Assembly: GCF_044324875.1 (NCBI RefSeq)
Contig: NZ_CP172185.1
Strand: one strand, 5' to 3'
DNA: 64,000 nt
Source: Escherichia coli
GTDB lineage: Bacteria; Pseudomonadota; Gammaproteobacteria; Enterobacterales; Enterobacteriaceae
Shown in pieces: positions 1-17,269 of this stretch (position 1 is its first letter; every line of letters begins with the position of its first letter). Under the pieces are notes generated by a model. The model searched no databases, was not told where the DNA came from, and worked only from the letters and a program-made list of their open reading frames with translations. The position numbers and the translations under genes are program-made.

Positions 1-1150
1 ATAAGCGTGTAGAAACGGGATACTGCGACAACTGTGCGAGGATCTCTTTCATCGGACGGTTAAGGTCAACGCGCACCGCTTCGCCTTCTCCCGCTTTGCG
101 CAGCTCTTCCGGGATATATTTGCCTGGATTATGTTCCAGTTTTTCGATCCAAATCCCCTGACGGTTGATCTTTGCTTTGATATTACGGTCAGCAGAACAA
201 GAGACGCCCATACCGACCGGGCAGGATGCGCCGTGACGTGGCAGGCGAATCACGCGGATGTCGTGAGCGAAGTATTTACCGCCAAACTGCGCACCCAGAC
301 CAAGATTTTGCGCTTCGATCAGCAATTCTTTTTCCAGTTCCACATCGCGGAACGCCTGTCCGTGCTCATTCCCTTCCGTTGGCAGTTCATCATAGTATTT
401 AGCGGAAGCCAGTTTCACCGTTTTAAGGTTCGTTTCTGCAGAAGTTCCACCAATAACGAACGCAATATGATACGGAGGACAGGCCGCCGTACCCAGCGTG
501 CGCATCTTCTCAACCAGGTAATTTTTCAGTTTCCCCGGCGTTAGTAACGCTTTGGTTTCCTGATAGAGATACGTCTTGTTTGCCGAACCGCCACCTTTGG
601 CGATACAGAGGAATTTGTACTCGTCGCCATCAACGGCATAAAGATCGATCTGCGCTGGTAGATTGGTGCCGGTATTCACCTCTTTATACATATCCAGCGG
701 CGCGTTTTGCGAGTAGCGCAGATTATCTTCGATATAAGTGTTATAGACACCGCGTGCCAGCGCCGCTTCATCACCGCCACCGGTCCATACACGCTGCCCT
801 TTTTTACCAACAATAATCGCGGTGCCGGTATCCTGACAGGTTGGCAGAACGCCTTTCGCCGCGATGTCGGAGTTGCGCAGGAATTGCAGCGCCACATATT
901 TATCATTTTCGCTGGCTTCCGGGTCACGCAGAATGTCGGCCACCTGTTGTTGGTGAGCCGGACGCAGCATAAATGACGCATCATGAAACGCCTGACGCGC
1001 CAACAAAGTTAACGCTTCGGGTGCGACTTTCAAAATCTCCTGCCCTTCAAATTCAGATACGCTAACGTGTTCGCTGGTTAGCAGGTAATACTCAGTATCA
1101 TCTTTTTTGAGTGGAAAAGGAGCCTGATAATGAAAGGGTTTGTTTGACAT
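1..1150 (-). CDS. fumA: class I fumarate hydratase FumA, N-terminal 383 codons (3' end outside window)
   Basis: Minus-strand frame is open to the window edge, so the ORF track misses it. ATG at 1150-1148 translates [23 protein letters not shown], the FumA N-terminus. It lies upstream of manA as in E. coli K-12. Confidence 0.9.
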   Translation of the reverse strand, partial: MSNKPFHYQAPFPLKKDDTEYYLLTSEHVSVSEFEGQEILKVAPEALTLLARQAFHDASFMLRPAHQQQVADILRDPEASENDKYVALQFLRNSDIAAKGVLPTCQDTGTAIIVGKKGQRVWTGGGDEAALARGVYNTYIEDNLRYSQNAPLDMYKEVNTGTNLPAQIDLYAVDGDEYKFLCIAKGGGSANKTYLYQETKALLTPGKLKNYLVEKMRTLGTAACPPYHIAFVIGGTSAETNLKTVKLASAKYYDELPTEGNEHGQAFRDVELEKELLIEAQNLGLGAQFGGKYFAHDIRVIRLPRHGASCPVGMGVSCSADRNIKAKINRQGIWIEKLEHNPGKYIPEELRKAGEGEAVRVDLNRPMKEILAQLSQYPVSTRL

Positions 1151-1348
1151 TGTTCTCTCACTTACTGCCTGGTTTGGTTATGCTCTGGGCGGGTGTTCCG
1201 TTGCCCTGTTAAAAGCGAGTAACAATATCCTACACACTTTTTTAACAAAAACTGAGACTAGTACGACTTTTTGCGGCTCCAGGTTACTTCCCGTAGGATT
1301 CTTGCTTTAATAGCGGGATTAATTTCCACATATAAACAGGGATTGATC

Positions 1349-2524
1349 ATGCAAAAACTCATTAACTCAGTGCAAAACTATGCCTGGGGCAGCAAAACGG
1401 CGTTGACTGAACTTTATGGTATGGAAAATCCGTCCAGCCAGCCGATGGCCGAGCTGTGGATGGGCGCACATCCAAAAAGCAGTTCACGAGTGCAGAATGC
1501 CGCCGGAGATATCGTTTCACTGCGTGATGTGATTGAGAGTAATAAATCGACTCTGCTCGGAGAGGCCGTTGCCAAACGCTTTGGCGAACTGCCTTTCCTG
1601 TTCAAAGTATTATGCGCAGCACAGCCGCTCTCCATTCAGGTTCATCCAAACAAACGCAATTCTGAAATCGGTTTTGCCAAAGAAAATGCCGCAGGTATTC
1701 CGATGGATGCCGCCGAGCGTAACTATAAAGATCCTAACCACAAGCCGGAGCTGGTTTTTGCGCTGACGCCTTTCCTTGCGATGAACGCGTTTCGTGAATT
1801 TTCCGAGATTGTCTCCCTACTCCAGCCAGTCGCAGGTGCACATCCGGCGATTGCTCACTTTTTACAACAGCCTGATGCCGAACGTTTAAGCGAACTGTTC
1901 GCCAGCCTGCTGAATATGCAGGGGGAAGAAAAATCCCGCGCGCTGGCGATTTTAAAATCGGCCCTTGACAGTCAGCAGGGTGAACCGTGGCAAACGATTC
2001 GTTTAATTTCTGAATTTTACCCGGATGACAGCGGTCTGTTCTCCCCGCTGTTGCTGAATGTGGTGAAATTGAATCCTGGCGAAGCGATGTTCCTGTTCGC
2101 TGAAACGCCGCACGCTTACCTGCAAGGCGTGGCGCTGGAAGTGATGGCGAACTCCGATAACGTGCTGCGTGCGGGTCTGACGCCTAAATACATTGATATT
2201 CCGGAACTGGTTGCCAATGTGAAGTTCGAAGCCAAACCGGCTAACCAGTTGTTGACCCAGCCGGTGAAACAAGGTGCAGAACTGGACTTCCCGATTCCTG
2301 TGGATGATTTTGCCTTCTCGCTGCATGACCTTAGTGATAAAGAAACCACCATCAGCCAGCAGAGTGCCGCCATTTTGTTCTGCGTCGAAGGCGATGCAAC
2401 GCTGTGGAAAGGTTCTCAGCAGTTACAGCTTAAACCGGGTGAATCAGCGTTTATTGCCGCCAACGAATCACCGGTGACTGTCAAAGGCCACGGCCGTTTA
2501 GCGCGTGTTTACAACAAGCTGTAA
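1349..2524 (+). CDS. manA: mannose-6-phosphate isomerase
   Basis: ORF 1271..2524 trimmed to the ATG at 1349 (MQKLINSVQNYAWGSK). This gives 391 aa, matching ManA length and sequence. Confidence 0.95.
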   Translation: MQKLINSVQNYAWGSKTALTELYGMENPSSQPMAELWMGAHPKSSSRVQNAAGDIVSLRDVIESNKSTLLGEAVAKRFGELPFLFKVLCAAQPLSIQVHPNKRNSEIGFAKENAAGIPMDAAERNYKDPNHKPELVFALTPFLAMNAFREFSEIVSLLQPVAGAHPAIAHFLQQPDAERLSELFASLLNMQGEEKSRALAILKSALDSQQGEPWQTIRLISEFYPDDSGLFSPLLLNVVKLNPGEAMFLFAETPHAYLQGVALEVMANSDNVLRAGLTPKYIDIPELVANVKFEAKPANQLLTQPVKQGAELDFPIPVDDFAFSLHDLSDKETTISQQSAAILFCVEGDATLWKGSQQLQLKPGESAFIAANESPVTVKGHGRLARVYNKL

Positions 2525-2624
2525 GAGCTTACTGAAAAAATTAACATCTCTTGCTAAGCTTATTAAAGGCTTATAACACCTTCAGGCGGCCAGTCCGCCT
2601 GATTTCATTTTATGGATAATCATT

Positions 2625-4133
2625 ATGAATAAATCGCTGGTAGCGGTAGGCGTCATTGTTGCGCTAGGCGTAGTCTGGACAGGCGGCGCATGGTATACAG
2701 GCAAGAAGATTGAAACCCATCTCGAAGACATGGTCGCGCAGGCGAACGCGCAACTCAAACTGACCGCTCCTGAATCCAACCTGGAAGTGAGTTATCAAAA
2801 CTATCATCGCGGCGTATTCAGCAGTCAGCTGCAACTGTTGGTGAAACCCATTGCCGGGAAAGAAAATCCGTGGATTAAAAGCGGTCAGAGCGTCATCTTC
2901 AACGAATCGGTTGATCATGGTCCCTTCCCCCTTGCCCAGCTTAAAAAACTGAACCTGATCCCGTCGATGGCATCAATTCAAACCACGCTGGTTAATAACG
3001 AAGTTAGCAAGCCACTGTTTGATATGGCAAAAGGTGAAACGCCTTTTGAGATTAACTCCCGCATTGGTTACAGCGGAGATTCCAGTTCCGATATTTCGCT
3101 CAAGCCACTGAATTACGAGCAAAAGGATGAAAAAGTCGCCTTTAGCGGCGGCGAGTTCCAGTTAAATGCAGACAGAGACGGCAAAGCTATCTCCCTTTCC
3201 GGGGAGGCGCAAAGTGGTCGGATAGACGCGGTTAACGAATATAACCAGAAAGTACAGTTGACCTTTAATAATCTGAAAACCGACGGTTCCAGCACGCTGG
3301 CAAGTTTTGGTGAGCGCGTAGGAAATCAAAAACTGTCACTGGAAAAAATGACCATTTCAGTGGAAGGCAAAGAACTGGCACTGCTGGAAGGCATGGAGAT
3401 CAGCGGTAAATCGGATCTGGTCAATGACGGTAAAACGATCAATAGCCAACTGGATTACTCGCTAAGCAGCCTGAAGGTACAGAATCAGGATCTGGGCAGC
3501 GGCAAGCTGACTTTAAAAGTCGGCCAGATTGATGGTGAAGCCTGGCATCAGTTTAGCCAGCAATATAACGCGCAAACTCAGGCGCTGCTGGCACAGCCAG
3601 AAATTGCCAACAATCCCGAACTTTATCAGGAGAAAGTGACGGAAGCCTTCTTTAGCGCCCTGCCGCTGATGTTGAAAGGCGATCCGGTGATTACTATCGC
3701 GCCGCTAAGCTGGAAAAACAGTCAGGGTGAAAGTGCGCTGAATCTGTCGCTGTTCCTGAAAGATCCGGCAACGACTAAAGAAGCGCCGCAAACGCTGGCG
3801 CAGGAAGTAGATCGTTCGGTTAAATCTCTGGATGCGAAACTGACCATTCCGGTGGATATGGCAACTGAGTTTATGACTCAAGTAGCGAAGCTGGAAGGTT
3901 ATCAGGAAGATCAAGCAAAAAAACTGGCGAAACAGCAAGTTGAAGGTGCGTCAGCAATGGGGCAGATGTTCCGTCTGACCACCTTGCAGGACAATACCAT
4001 CACCACCAGCCTGCAATATGCTAACGGTCAGATCACGTTAAACGGGCAGAAAATGCCACTGGAAGATTTCGTTGGTATGTTTGCAATGCCGGCATTAAAC
4101 GTTCCGGTCGTACCCGCTCTTCCGCAGCAGTAA
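2625..4133 (+). CDS. ydgA: DUF945 family protein YdgA
   Basis: 502-aa ORF with an N-terminal membrane anchor (MNKSLVAVGVIVALGVVWTGG). Position between manA and uidC matches K-12 synteny. Confidence 0.85.
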   Translation: MNKSLVAVGVIVALGVVWTGGAWYTGKKIETHLEDMVAQANAQLKLTAPESNLEVSYQNYHRGVFSSQLQLLVKPIAGKENPWIKSGQSVIFNESVDHGPFPLAQLKKLNLIPSMASIQTTLVNNEVSKPLFDMAKGETPFEINSRIGYSGDSSSDISLKPLNYEQKDEKVAFSGGEFQLNADRDGKAISLSGEAQSGRIDAVNEYNQKVQLTFNNLKTDGSSTLASFGERVGNQKLSLEKMTISVEGKELALLEGMEISGKSDLVNDGKTINSQLDYSLSSLKVQNQDLGSGKLTLKVGQIDGEAWHQFSQQYNAQTQALLAQPEIANNPELYQEKVTEAFFSALPLMLKGDPVITIAPLSWKNSQGESALNLSLFLKDPATTKEAPQTLAQEVDRSVKSLDAKLTIPVDMATEFMTQVAKLEGYQEDQAKKLAKQQVEGASAMGQMFRLTTLQDNTITTSLQYANGQITLNGQKMPLEDFVGMFAMPALNVPVVPALPQQ

Positions 4134-4144
4134 TTCACAGCCAA

Positions 4145-4176
4145 AACGCCGGAGGTTTTTCTCTCCGGCGTTATTT
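4145..4176. terminator. hairpin between convergent ydgA and uidC
   Basis: Perfect 10-bp stem AACGCCGGAG / CTCCGGCGTT (4145-4154 and 4163-4172), followed by TTATTT. Confidence 0.5.
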
Positions 4177-4177
4177 C

Positions 4178-5443
4178 TTACTTCAGCATAAAGTCATACT
4201 GAATACTCATTTTCACATCCCAGTAATTCAGGCGATCGCCCAGCGCACTGCCATCGCGCTTTTCCCGCCCTTTATCGGCAGCAAGAAAGAAATTCATCCC
4301 TTGTAACGGCCCTTCGCTGACCCGATAGTTCATACCACCTAAGATACCCGCGCCTTCAATCCGCACATCTCGTTTACTGGATTCATAGCCGCGAGTCACA
4401 ATCGGTGCAAATGTCAGCGTAAATTGCGGCGTTAAACGATAGTTGACACCCAATTGCCAGGACTGCATTCCTTCACGGTTACGATCAAGACTTAATGAAA
4501 AGGGATAGCCAATGTCGGTATCCACCACGGCACCATTCATTGCATGGCGCAAATAACCACCACTGCCAAATACGCTTCCCCACGGCGCATTCCAGGTCAA
4601 TTGTCCACTAACCAATGCCGTTTCATTGGGCTGGCTGGTATTACGACTTAAACCTTCGAGTTGCGCGTAAAAGCCGAGCAACTCCCCTTTCAACGTATAA
4701 TTCGGGTCAAGCGGTATGCTTTTCTCGAGAATACTTTGTATCTGATTGGATACATCTTTCTGTACCGATGCCCCCAGAGAATAGCGACTGGTATCATCAT
4801 GCCAACTGGCGGCTAAAAAAGAACGTGCGCGGTGTTTATCGTATTTTCCCGTCTGGCTGTTATACACCCCTTCATCACGAATACCGGTTGTTGAATCGGT
4901 CCATAAAAATACTCGTGAACGCCACATTCCCCACAGATCAATATTTGGCGTTAAAGCCCAATAACCTAATGCTCCTTCAGAAACTGTCGGTAATGTACGT
5001 TGCGAACTGCCAGCCATTAACGGAATACGATAAGGTAAGCTACCATAACTATAATCCGTCCCGAAGCGACCTAATTTAAGCAGACTATTTTCACTGGGTT
5101 TTATTTTTACTGCCCCCAGGGCAAAGCCAAAACTTTTATCACCATCAAGATACCACCGGGTACTCATATCAGCACGAGCACCTAATTTATAAACATAATA
5201 CGCTCCGCCTTCAACGCCAATAATATTGGAATAATAACCACTATTGAAATCGAGCAATCCTCCCTGTACCCATGCGTAAATATCTCTTCCCGCGCCAGCA
5301 CTGGGCTTATCAGCCCTGCGCAATTCGTTTTTCAGTCTGATGCGTAGTCCCGCTTCATCGTCAGCCAGTTGCGCCGCGTAAGCAGAGGTAAGGCCAGAGG
5401 CAGCCGTCAGGCAAATAACGGCCATGGCCACTATTTTTCTCAT
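4178..5443 (-). CDS. uidC: outer membrane glucuronide porin UidC
   Basis: 421-aa ORF with a signal peptide (MRKIVAMAVICLTAASGLTSAYA) and a beta-barrel-like C-terminus ending in F-x-L-K. It is downstream of uidB. Confidence 0.85.
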   Translation of the reverse strand: MRKIVAMAVICLTAASGLTSAYAAQLADDEAGLRIRLKNELRRADKPSAGAGRDIYAWVQGGLLDFNSGYYSNIIGVEGGAYYVYKLGARADMSTRWYLDGDKSFGFALGAVKIKPSENSLLKLGRFGTDYSYGSLPYRIPLMAGSSQRTLPTVSEGALGYWALTPNIDLWGMWRSRVFLWTDSTTGIRDEGVYNSQTGKYDKHRARSFLAASWHDDTSRYSLGASVQKDVSNQIQSILEKSIPLDPNYTLKGELLGFYAQLEGLSRNTSQPNETALVSGQLTWNAPWGSVFGSGGYLRHAMNGAVVDTDIGYPFSLSLDRNREGMQSWQLGVNYRLTPQFTLTFAPIVTRGYESSKRDVRIEGAGILGGMNYRVSEGPLQGMNFFLAADKGREKRDGSALGDRLNYWDVKMSIQYDFMLK

Positions 5444-5481
5444 AGTTGCACCTTTGATGTTCTGATTATTTTTATTGAATA

Positions 5482-8722
<3,241 letters not shown>

Positions 8723-9052
8723 TTCTGTATTGCACACAGTTATCTGTGAGAAACCCATGGAAGAGAAATGGAAATAAAAAGAACTGACACCGCGATCAAA
8801 AAACCAAAAACTGCAATACCCACAGCGTGATATAGATCGCATTAATCTTTAAAACAGCGTTGACATAAGCCACAAAATAAGCAATCGAACGTTCGTTCGA
8901 GCATATTGGGAACGATAAACTCTCATGACATATGGCTACAGTGAATATTTGGGGGGAATTCTCCGAACCCAGGAAGGATATTTTTTGCACAGAGAAATTA
9001 CGATATGAAACGCGGGCTCAGTTGTCACCAGCCCGCGGAAAGAGAGAGAGGA

Positions 9053-9643
9053 TCAGGATGCGGTTAAGATACCGCCAATCATCGCGCGTAATCCCTGAGC
9101 AAACGACGCTTCACGCGCCAGATCTTCCGCTTCGATATCGGCCAGTACACCGTAGGTCAGATCCAGCAGTAAACGTGAAGTCATTGCCGTGTTGATGTCT
9201 GGGCTTATCTCGCCTTTTTGCTGGGCATCACGCATCCGCTGGGCAACAAATTCCGTGATCGTCATATGCTTATTTTTAAGCATGGCGGCGACCTGTGGGT
9301 TACGCATCCCTTCCGCCATAATTTCGACCACCAGCGCCCGTTGTCCAAAGGCTTCATGGGTGAGAGAGACAATAGACTCGACCATATAGTCAACGAAATG
9401 AATCCCTTCAATCGGTTCCCGGAAACGGGCCAGCGCCCTCTCCTGGTCCTGTAAGATAATCGCCTGAATCAGGGCTTCTTTGGAGATGAAATGGTGATAG
9501 AGCGTCCCGGGACTAATGGCGCAAGATTTACAGATGGCTTTCATCGAGGCACTGTGAAATCCATTTTCTGAAAAAATCTCTCTGGCAGCATTGAGGATCC
9601 GGGTCCGTGTCGGTTGTGCTTCAGTCTGCATGTTATCCATCAT
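9053..9643 (-). CDS. uidR: TetR-family repressor of the uid operon
   Basis: 196-aa ORF with a TetR N-terminal HTH (RTRILNAAREIFSENGFHSASMKAICKSCAISPGTLYHHF). Synteny matches. Confidence 0.9.
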   Translation of the reverse strand: MMDNMQTEAQPTRTRILNAAREIFSENGFHSASMKAICKSCAISPGTLYHHFISKEALIQAIILQDQERALARFREPIEGIHFVDYMVESIVSLTHEAFGQRALVVEIMAEGMRNPQVAAMLKNKHMTITEFVAQRMRDAQQKGEISPDINTAMTSRLLLDLTYGVLADIEAEDLAREASFAQGLRAMIGGILTAS

Positions 9644-9757
9644 AAAACCATTATAGTTAGCGTGAATAACTAGTTTACCGCGTTGTCAGGTGAGCGCCTA
9701 TCATTGCTGTTGAATAGTGCGAAGGCACACTCTATTCGTATACTTTTCACTCGGAAA

Positions 9758-9769
9758 TTGGTTAACCAA
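9758..9769. promoter_or_regulatory. perfect 12-bp palindrome TTGGTTAACCAA upstream of uidR
   Basis: Perfect dyad about 115 nt upstream of the uidR start. It shares its core with the site at 8711. Confidence 0.35.
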
Positions 9770-9863
9770 TAGCCGTGATTTGGCTGCCAGTTATTTAGCT
9801 GAGACGTTGATGAGTTTATCCCGGTAAACAACACGCACGGTTGTTTACCGGTCCGTTAGTGTA

Positions 9864-10631
9864 TTAATTGAGCTCCTGTACCCCACCACCGGAGACGGTG
9901 AGAATTTGTCCGCTTACCCAGCTGGCTGCAGGCGAGCAAAGGAACAGCGCCGCGTTAGCAATATCTTGCGGTTGGCCCAGACGTCTAATCGGTGTGTGCT
10001 GTAACATTTTTTGTTCAATTTCAGGTGTAATAACGGATTTCAGGGCATCGGTTAATATTGCCCCCGGCGCAATGCCATTCACCCGAATATTTTTTTCACC
10101 CAGGTCAAACGCCATGTTTCTGACCAGATGACTGGCCGCAGCTTTAGATGATGCATAGGAGGTCATGTTTATATTTTTATTTTCTGCCGCCATAGAAGTA
10201 ATGGTCAGAATAACGCCACCGCCATTTTTTTCCATTTCTGGCGCAACAAGTTGTGACAGATGGAAAAAAGAAAATACATTCAGTTCATAAGCGCGGCGAA
10301 AATCTGCCATTGGCATATCAAACGGTTTAGGCCCACCGCCACCGGCGTTGTTAACCAGGATATCAACTTTACCCAGCTTACTGACGGCAAAGTCTGCCAG
10401 TGCAGAGAGTTCCTGTTCGGAAGTAATATCGCAGCGCCAGGCAAATGCCTGACCACCCAGTTGTTGAATTTCATCTACAACATGATTAGCTGCATCGGCG
10501 TTAATATCACTGACCACCACAGATGCGCCAGCAGTCGCGAATGTAATGGCAATTTCTTTACCAATACCTGCACCGGCACCTGTGATGATGGCACATTTTC
10601 CGTCGAGTCTCAGGTTGTCAGAATTAAACAC
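9864..10631 (-). CDS. hdhA: 7-alpha-hydroxysteroid dehydrogenase (SDR family)
   Basis: 255-aa ORF with the SDR cofactor motif TGAGAGIG and the catalytic YASSKAA motif. Synteny matches. Confidence 0.9.
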   Translation of the reverse strand: MFNSDNLRLDGKCAIITGAGAGIGKEIAITFATAGASVVVSDINADAANHVVDEIQQLGGQAFAWRCDITSEQELSALADFAVSKLGKVDILVNNAGGGGPKPFDMPMADFRRAYELNVFSFFHLSQLVAPEMEKNGGGVILTITSMAAENKNINMTSYASSKAAASHLVRNMAFDLGEKNIRVNGIAPGAILTDALKSVITPEIEQKMLQHTPIRRLGQPQDIANAALFLCSPAASWVSGQILTVSGGGVQELN

Positions 10632-10742
10632 ATAAACCTCCTGTGAACTTCAGTAAAAATAAAAGGCACCGCCTGTGTGCCACATTTTTTATCATTAACC
10701 TTGAGGAAAGGACACTACCAGGTATAGCAGATAAAGAGAGGA

Positions 10743-13538
<2,796 letters not shown>

Positions 13539-13547
13539 GGATAAGAT

Positions 13548-14720
13548 ATGTTCGATTTTTCAAAGGTCGTGGATCGTCATGGCACATGGTGTACGCAGTG
13601 GGATTATGTCGCTGACCGTTTCGGCACTGCTGACCTGTTACCGTTCACGATTTCAGACATGGATTTTGCCACTGCCCCCTGCATTATCGAGGCGCTGAAT
13701 CAGCGCCTGATGCACGGCGTGTTTGGCTACAGCCGCTGGAAAAACGATGAGTTTCTCGCGGCTATTGCCCACTGGTTTTCCACCCAGCATTACACCGCCA
13801 TTGATACGCAGTCGGTGGTGTATGGCCCTTCTGTTATCTATATGGTTTCAGAACTGATTCGTCAGTGGTCTGAAACAGGTGAAGGCGTGGTGATCCACAC
13901 ACCCGCCTATGACGCATTTTACAAGGCCATTGAAGGTAACCAGCGCACAGTAATGCCCGTTGCTTTAGAGAAGCAGGCTGACGGCTGGTTTTGCGATATG
14001 GGCAAGCTGGAAGCCGTGTTGGCGAAACCAGAATGTAAAATTATGCTCCTGTGTAGCCCACAGAATCCTACCGGGAAAGTGTGGACGTGCGATGAGCTGG
14101 AGATCATGGCTGACCTGTGCGAGCGTCATGGTGTGCGGGTTATTTCCGATGAAATCCATATGGATATGGTTTGGGGCGAGCAGCCGCATATTCCCTGGAG
14201 TAATGTGGCGCGCGGAGACTGGGCATTGCTAACGTCGGGATCGAAAAGTTTCAATATTCCCGCCCTGACCGGTGCTTACGGGATTATAGAAAATAGCAGC
14301 AGCCGTGATGCCTATTTATCGGCACTGAAAGGACGTGATGGCCTTTCTTCCCCTTCGGTACTGGCGTTAACTGCCCATATCGCCGCCTATCAGCAAGGCG
14401 CGCCGTGGCTGGATGCCTTACGCGTCTATCTGAAAGATAACCTGACGTATATCGCAGATAAAATGAACGCCGCGTTCCCTGAACTCAACTGGCAGATCCC
14501 GCAATCCACTTATCTGGCCTGGATTGATCTACGTCCGTTGAATATTGACGACAACGCGTTGCAAAAAGCGCTTATCGAGCAAGAGAAGGTCGCGATCATG
14601 CCGGGGTATACCTACGGTGAAGAAGGTCGTGGTTTTGTCCGTCTCAATGCCGGGTGCCCGCGTTCGAAACTGGAAAAAGGTGTGGCTGGATTAATTAACG
14701 CCATCCGCGCTGTTCGCTAA
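13548..14720 (+). CDS. malY: PLP-dependent beta-cystathionase / Mal regulon modulator MalY
   Basis: 390-aa ORF of the aminotransferase class I/II type (SGSKSFNIPAL lysine motif), immediately downstream of malX. Confidence 0.9.
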   Translation: MFDFSKVVDRHGTWCTQWDYVADRFGTADLLPFTISDMDFATAPCIIEALNQRLMHGVFGYSRWKNDEFLAAIAHWFSTQHYTAIDTQSVVYGPSVIYMVSELIRQWSETGEGVVIHTPAYDAFYKAIEGNQRTVMPVALEKQADGWFCDMGKLEAVLAKPECKIMLLCSPQNPTGKVWTCDELEIMADLCERHGVRVISDEIHMDMVWGEQPHIPWSNVARGDWALLTSGSKSFNIPALTGAYGIIENSSSRDAYLSALKGRDGLSSPSVLALTAHIAAYQQGAPWLDALRVYLKDNLTYIADKMNAAFPELNWQIPQSTYLAWIDLRPLNIDDNALQKALIEQEKVAIMPGYTYGEEGRGFVRLNAGCPRSKLEKGVAGLINAIRAVR

Positions 14721-14823
14721 CCCCAATTGCGCAACGTAAAAAATCGTTGCGCAATCGTGGATTTTTACCCTGCTTTGTTTTTATAATGGTGCGCACTTTT
14801 ATATCCAGAAAAAGAGTGCGACC

Positions 14824-15825
14824 ATGATTGATACCACCCTGCCATTAACTGATATCCATCGCCACCTTGATGGCAACATTCGTCCCCAGACCATTCTTGA
14901 ACTTGGCCGCCAGTATAATATCTCGCTTCCTGCACAATCCCTGGCAACACTGATTCCCCACGTTCAGGTCATTGCCAACGAACCCGATCTGGTGAGCTTT
15001 CTGACCAAACTTGACTGGGGCGTTAAAGTTCTCGCCTCTCTTGATGCCTGTCGCCGCGTGGCATTTGAAAACATTGAAGATGCATCCCGTAACGGCCTGC
15101 ACTATGTCGAGCTGCGTTTTTCACCGGGCTACATGGCAATGGCTCATCAGCTGCCTGTAGCGGGTGTTGTCGAAGCGGTGATCGATGGCGTATGTGAAGG
15201 TTGCCGTACCTTTGGTGTGCAGGCGAAGCTTATCGGCATTATGAGCCGAACCTTCGGTGAAGCTGCCTGTCAGCAAGAGCTGGAGGCCTTTTTAGCCCAT
15301 CGTGACCAGATTACCGCACTTGATTTAGCCGGTGATGAACTTGGTTTCCCGGGAAGTCTGTTCCTTTCTCACTTCAACCGCGCGCGTGATGCGGGCTGGC
15401 ATATTACCGTCCATGCAGGCGAAGCTGCCGGGCCGGAAAGCATCTGGCAGGCGATTCGTGAACTGGGGGCGGAACGTATTGGACATGGCGTAAAAGCCAT
15501 TGAAGATCGGGCGCTGATGGATTTTCTCGCCGAGCAGCAAATTGGTATTGAATCCTGTCTGACCTCCAATATTCAGACCAGCACCGTGGCAGAGCTGGCG
15601 GCACATCCGCTGAAAACGTTCCTTGAGCATGGCATTCGTGCCAGCATTAACACTGACGATCCCGGCGTACAGGGAGTGGATATCATTCACGAATATACCG
15701 TTGCCGCGCCGGCTGCTGGGTTATCCCGCGAGCAAATCCGCCAGGCGCAGATTAATGGTCTGGAAATGGCTTTCCTCAGCGCAGAGGAAAAACGCGCACT
15801 GCGAGAAAAAGTCGCTGCGAAGTAA
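14824..15825 (+). CDS. add: adenosine deaminase
   Basis: 333-aa ORF with the metal-binding motifs [10 protein letters not shown] and HAGE. Synteny matches. Confidence 0.95.
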   Translation: MIDTTLPLTDIHRHLDGNIRPQTILELGRQYNISLPAQSLATLIPHVQVIANEPDLVSFLTKLDWGVKVLASLDACRRVAFENIEDASRNGLHYVELRFSPGYMAMAHQLPVAGVVEAVIDGVCEGCRTFGVQAKLIGIMSRTFGEAACQQELEAFLAHRDQITALDLAGDELGFPGSLFLSHFNRARDAGWHITVHAGEAAGPESIWQAIRELGAERIGHGVKAIEDRALMDFLAEQQIGIESCLTSNIQTSTVAELAAHPLKTFLEHGIRASINTDDPGVQGVDIIHEYTVAAPAAGLSREQIRQAQINGLEMAFLSAEEKRALREKVAAK

Positions 15826-15832
15826 CAAAAAT

Positions 15833-15861
15833 GGATGGTGCTAATTGCACCATCCTCTTTT
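15833..15861 (+). terminator. rho-independent terminator of add
   Basis: Stem GGATGGTGC / GCACCATCC with a 5-nt loop, followed by TCTTTT. Confidence 0.6.
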
Positions 15862-16901
15862 CACGCAAGGCACAGCGTCGCGCGATGTTTGGCGGATTCG
15901 ATGCCCAGCTCAATCAACTCCATTACCTGGATTGCCTGACTTGCCGGAACCGGATTTTCACCATCGCCATTTAACGCATCACGAATAGCCGCATAGTAAG
16001 CCGGATAATTCCCTGGTACTGTCAACAGCGTTTCTTCGACACGTTCCTCACCTTCCACGCGGGTAAGTACGCCATCACGCATATCGTAGCCCCAGTCTTC
16101 CTGCGGCAGACGCTCGCCATTTTTCAGACGTTCTTCCTGTGGATCGAGGCCATATTTCACATAACTGCCTCGGGATCCATGCACGATATAACGTGCTGAC
16201 TCAGCGGCTGCCAGCATGGTGCCGTGTAAAATGACTCGCCGCTGCGGATAGGACAAGATGGCGTGGAAATAATCAGTCGACTGCGCTCCGGGCCGTAACT
16301 GTGCCAAATCTACCGTCATGCTAACCGGTAAACCAAATAGCGTAATGGCCTGATCAAGAAGATGCGGTGCTAAATCGTACCAGATACCGCTGCCAGGGCC
16401 GCCCTGTTCACGCCAACGATCGCGCACCTGCGGACGGAAGCGGTCAAAATGAGACTCAAAGTAAGCAACTTCACCCAGTACGCCTTCCGCGAGCAAACCT
16501 TTTAGCGTCAGGAAATCGCTATCCCAGCGACGGTTATGGAATACAGACAGCACACGCCCCAGGCTTTTTGCCAGCGCTTCCAGCTCTCGCGCTTGTGACA
16601 GTGTCACGGTAAAGGGTTTATCAACGACCACATGTTTACCCGCCTCAAGCGCCGCTTTGGCTAACGGGAAATGGGTATCGTTGGGTGTAGGAATGACAAT
16701 CAGGTCTATGTTGGGATCGTTAAACAGATGCTTCGGCTCAGAGACAACCGTAACCGTTGGCCAGTCGGCTTTTACTTTTGTTTCATCGCTGCTGGAGATT
16801 ACCGCCAGTTCCAGCCCGGGCGTGCCCGCAATCAGGGGCGCATGGAAGGTTTTGCTCGCATAACCATACCCAATCAACCCAACACGGATGTTGTCGCTCA
16901 T
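15861..16901 (-). CDS. ydgJ: Gfo/Idh/MocA-family oxidoreductase YdgJ
   Basis: ORF trimmed to the ATG at 16901 (MSDNIRVGLIGYGYASKTFHAPLI), giving the 346 aa of K-12 YdgJ. A Rossmann GxGxxA motif is present. Confidence 0.85.
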   Translation of the reverse strand: MSDNIRVGLIGYGYASKTFHAPLIAGTPGLELAVISSSDETKVKADWPTVTVVSEPKHLFNDPNIDLIVIPTPNDTHFPLAKAALEAGKHVVVDKPFTVTLSQARELEALAKSLGRVLSVFHNRRWDSDFLTLKGLLAEGVLGEVAYFESHFDRFRPQVRDRWREQGGPGSGIWYDLAPHLLDQAITLFGLPVSMTVDLAQLRPGAQSTDYFHAILSYPQRRVILHGTMLAAAESARYIVHGSRGSYVKYGLDPQEERLKNGERLPQEDWGYDMRDGVLTRVEGEERVEETLLTVPGNYPAYYAAIRDALNGDGENPVPASQAIQVMELIELGIESAKHRATLCLA

Positions 16902-17143
16902 GTCATTGCCTCTCATTGAAGTATGATGGCTATTTGACACTATCCTTTACCCTCGCTCAACAGTTTAATAACCTGCCAGCAATAAGGGATGTTGTTTAAC
17001 TTAAGTCAAAAAAATAGCGAATTTTCCAACGACAAAAGCTAAATATCGCAAAAACCTCAGTAAAAATCTTGCTGGAGCTATTATTGCTAAGTAACATTTA
17101 CCCCCTGAAGTTAATGGATCAATCAACAGAGATGTGGGCTGTA

Positions 17144-17269
17144 ATGAATCGTCTTATTGAATTAACAGGTTGGATCGTTCTTGTCGTTTCAGTCATTCTT
17201 CTTGGCGTGGCGAGTCACATTGACAACTATCAGCCACCTGAACAGAGTACTACGGTACAACACAAGTAA
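17144..17269 (+). CDS. blr: 41-aa small membrane protein Blr
   Basis: Internal ATG of ORF 17069..17269 gives MNRLIELTGWIVLVVSVILLGVASHIDNYQPPEQ. This has one TM helix and matches Blr. Confidence 0.7.
   Translation: MNRLIELTGWIVLVVSVILLGVASHIDNYQPPEQSTTVQHK

Noticed and set aside
1271-1348. N-terminal extensions in the ORF track (manA 1271, malX 11742, ydgJ 16940, ydgK 17819, tyrS 29731, ydhJ 33718, sodC 37202, istB 60507, repressor 54948, and others)
   Set aside because: The extensions rely on upstream alternative starts without an RBS. Trimming to internal ATGs with Shine-Dalgarno sequences reproduces the known protein lengths (for example ManA 391, MalX 530, YdgJ 346, TyrS 424 and SodC 173 aa).
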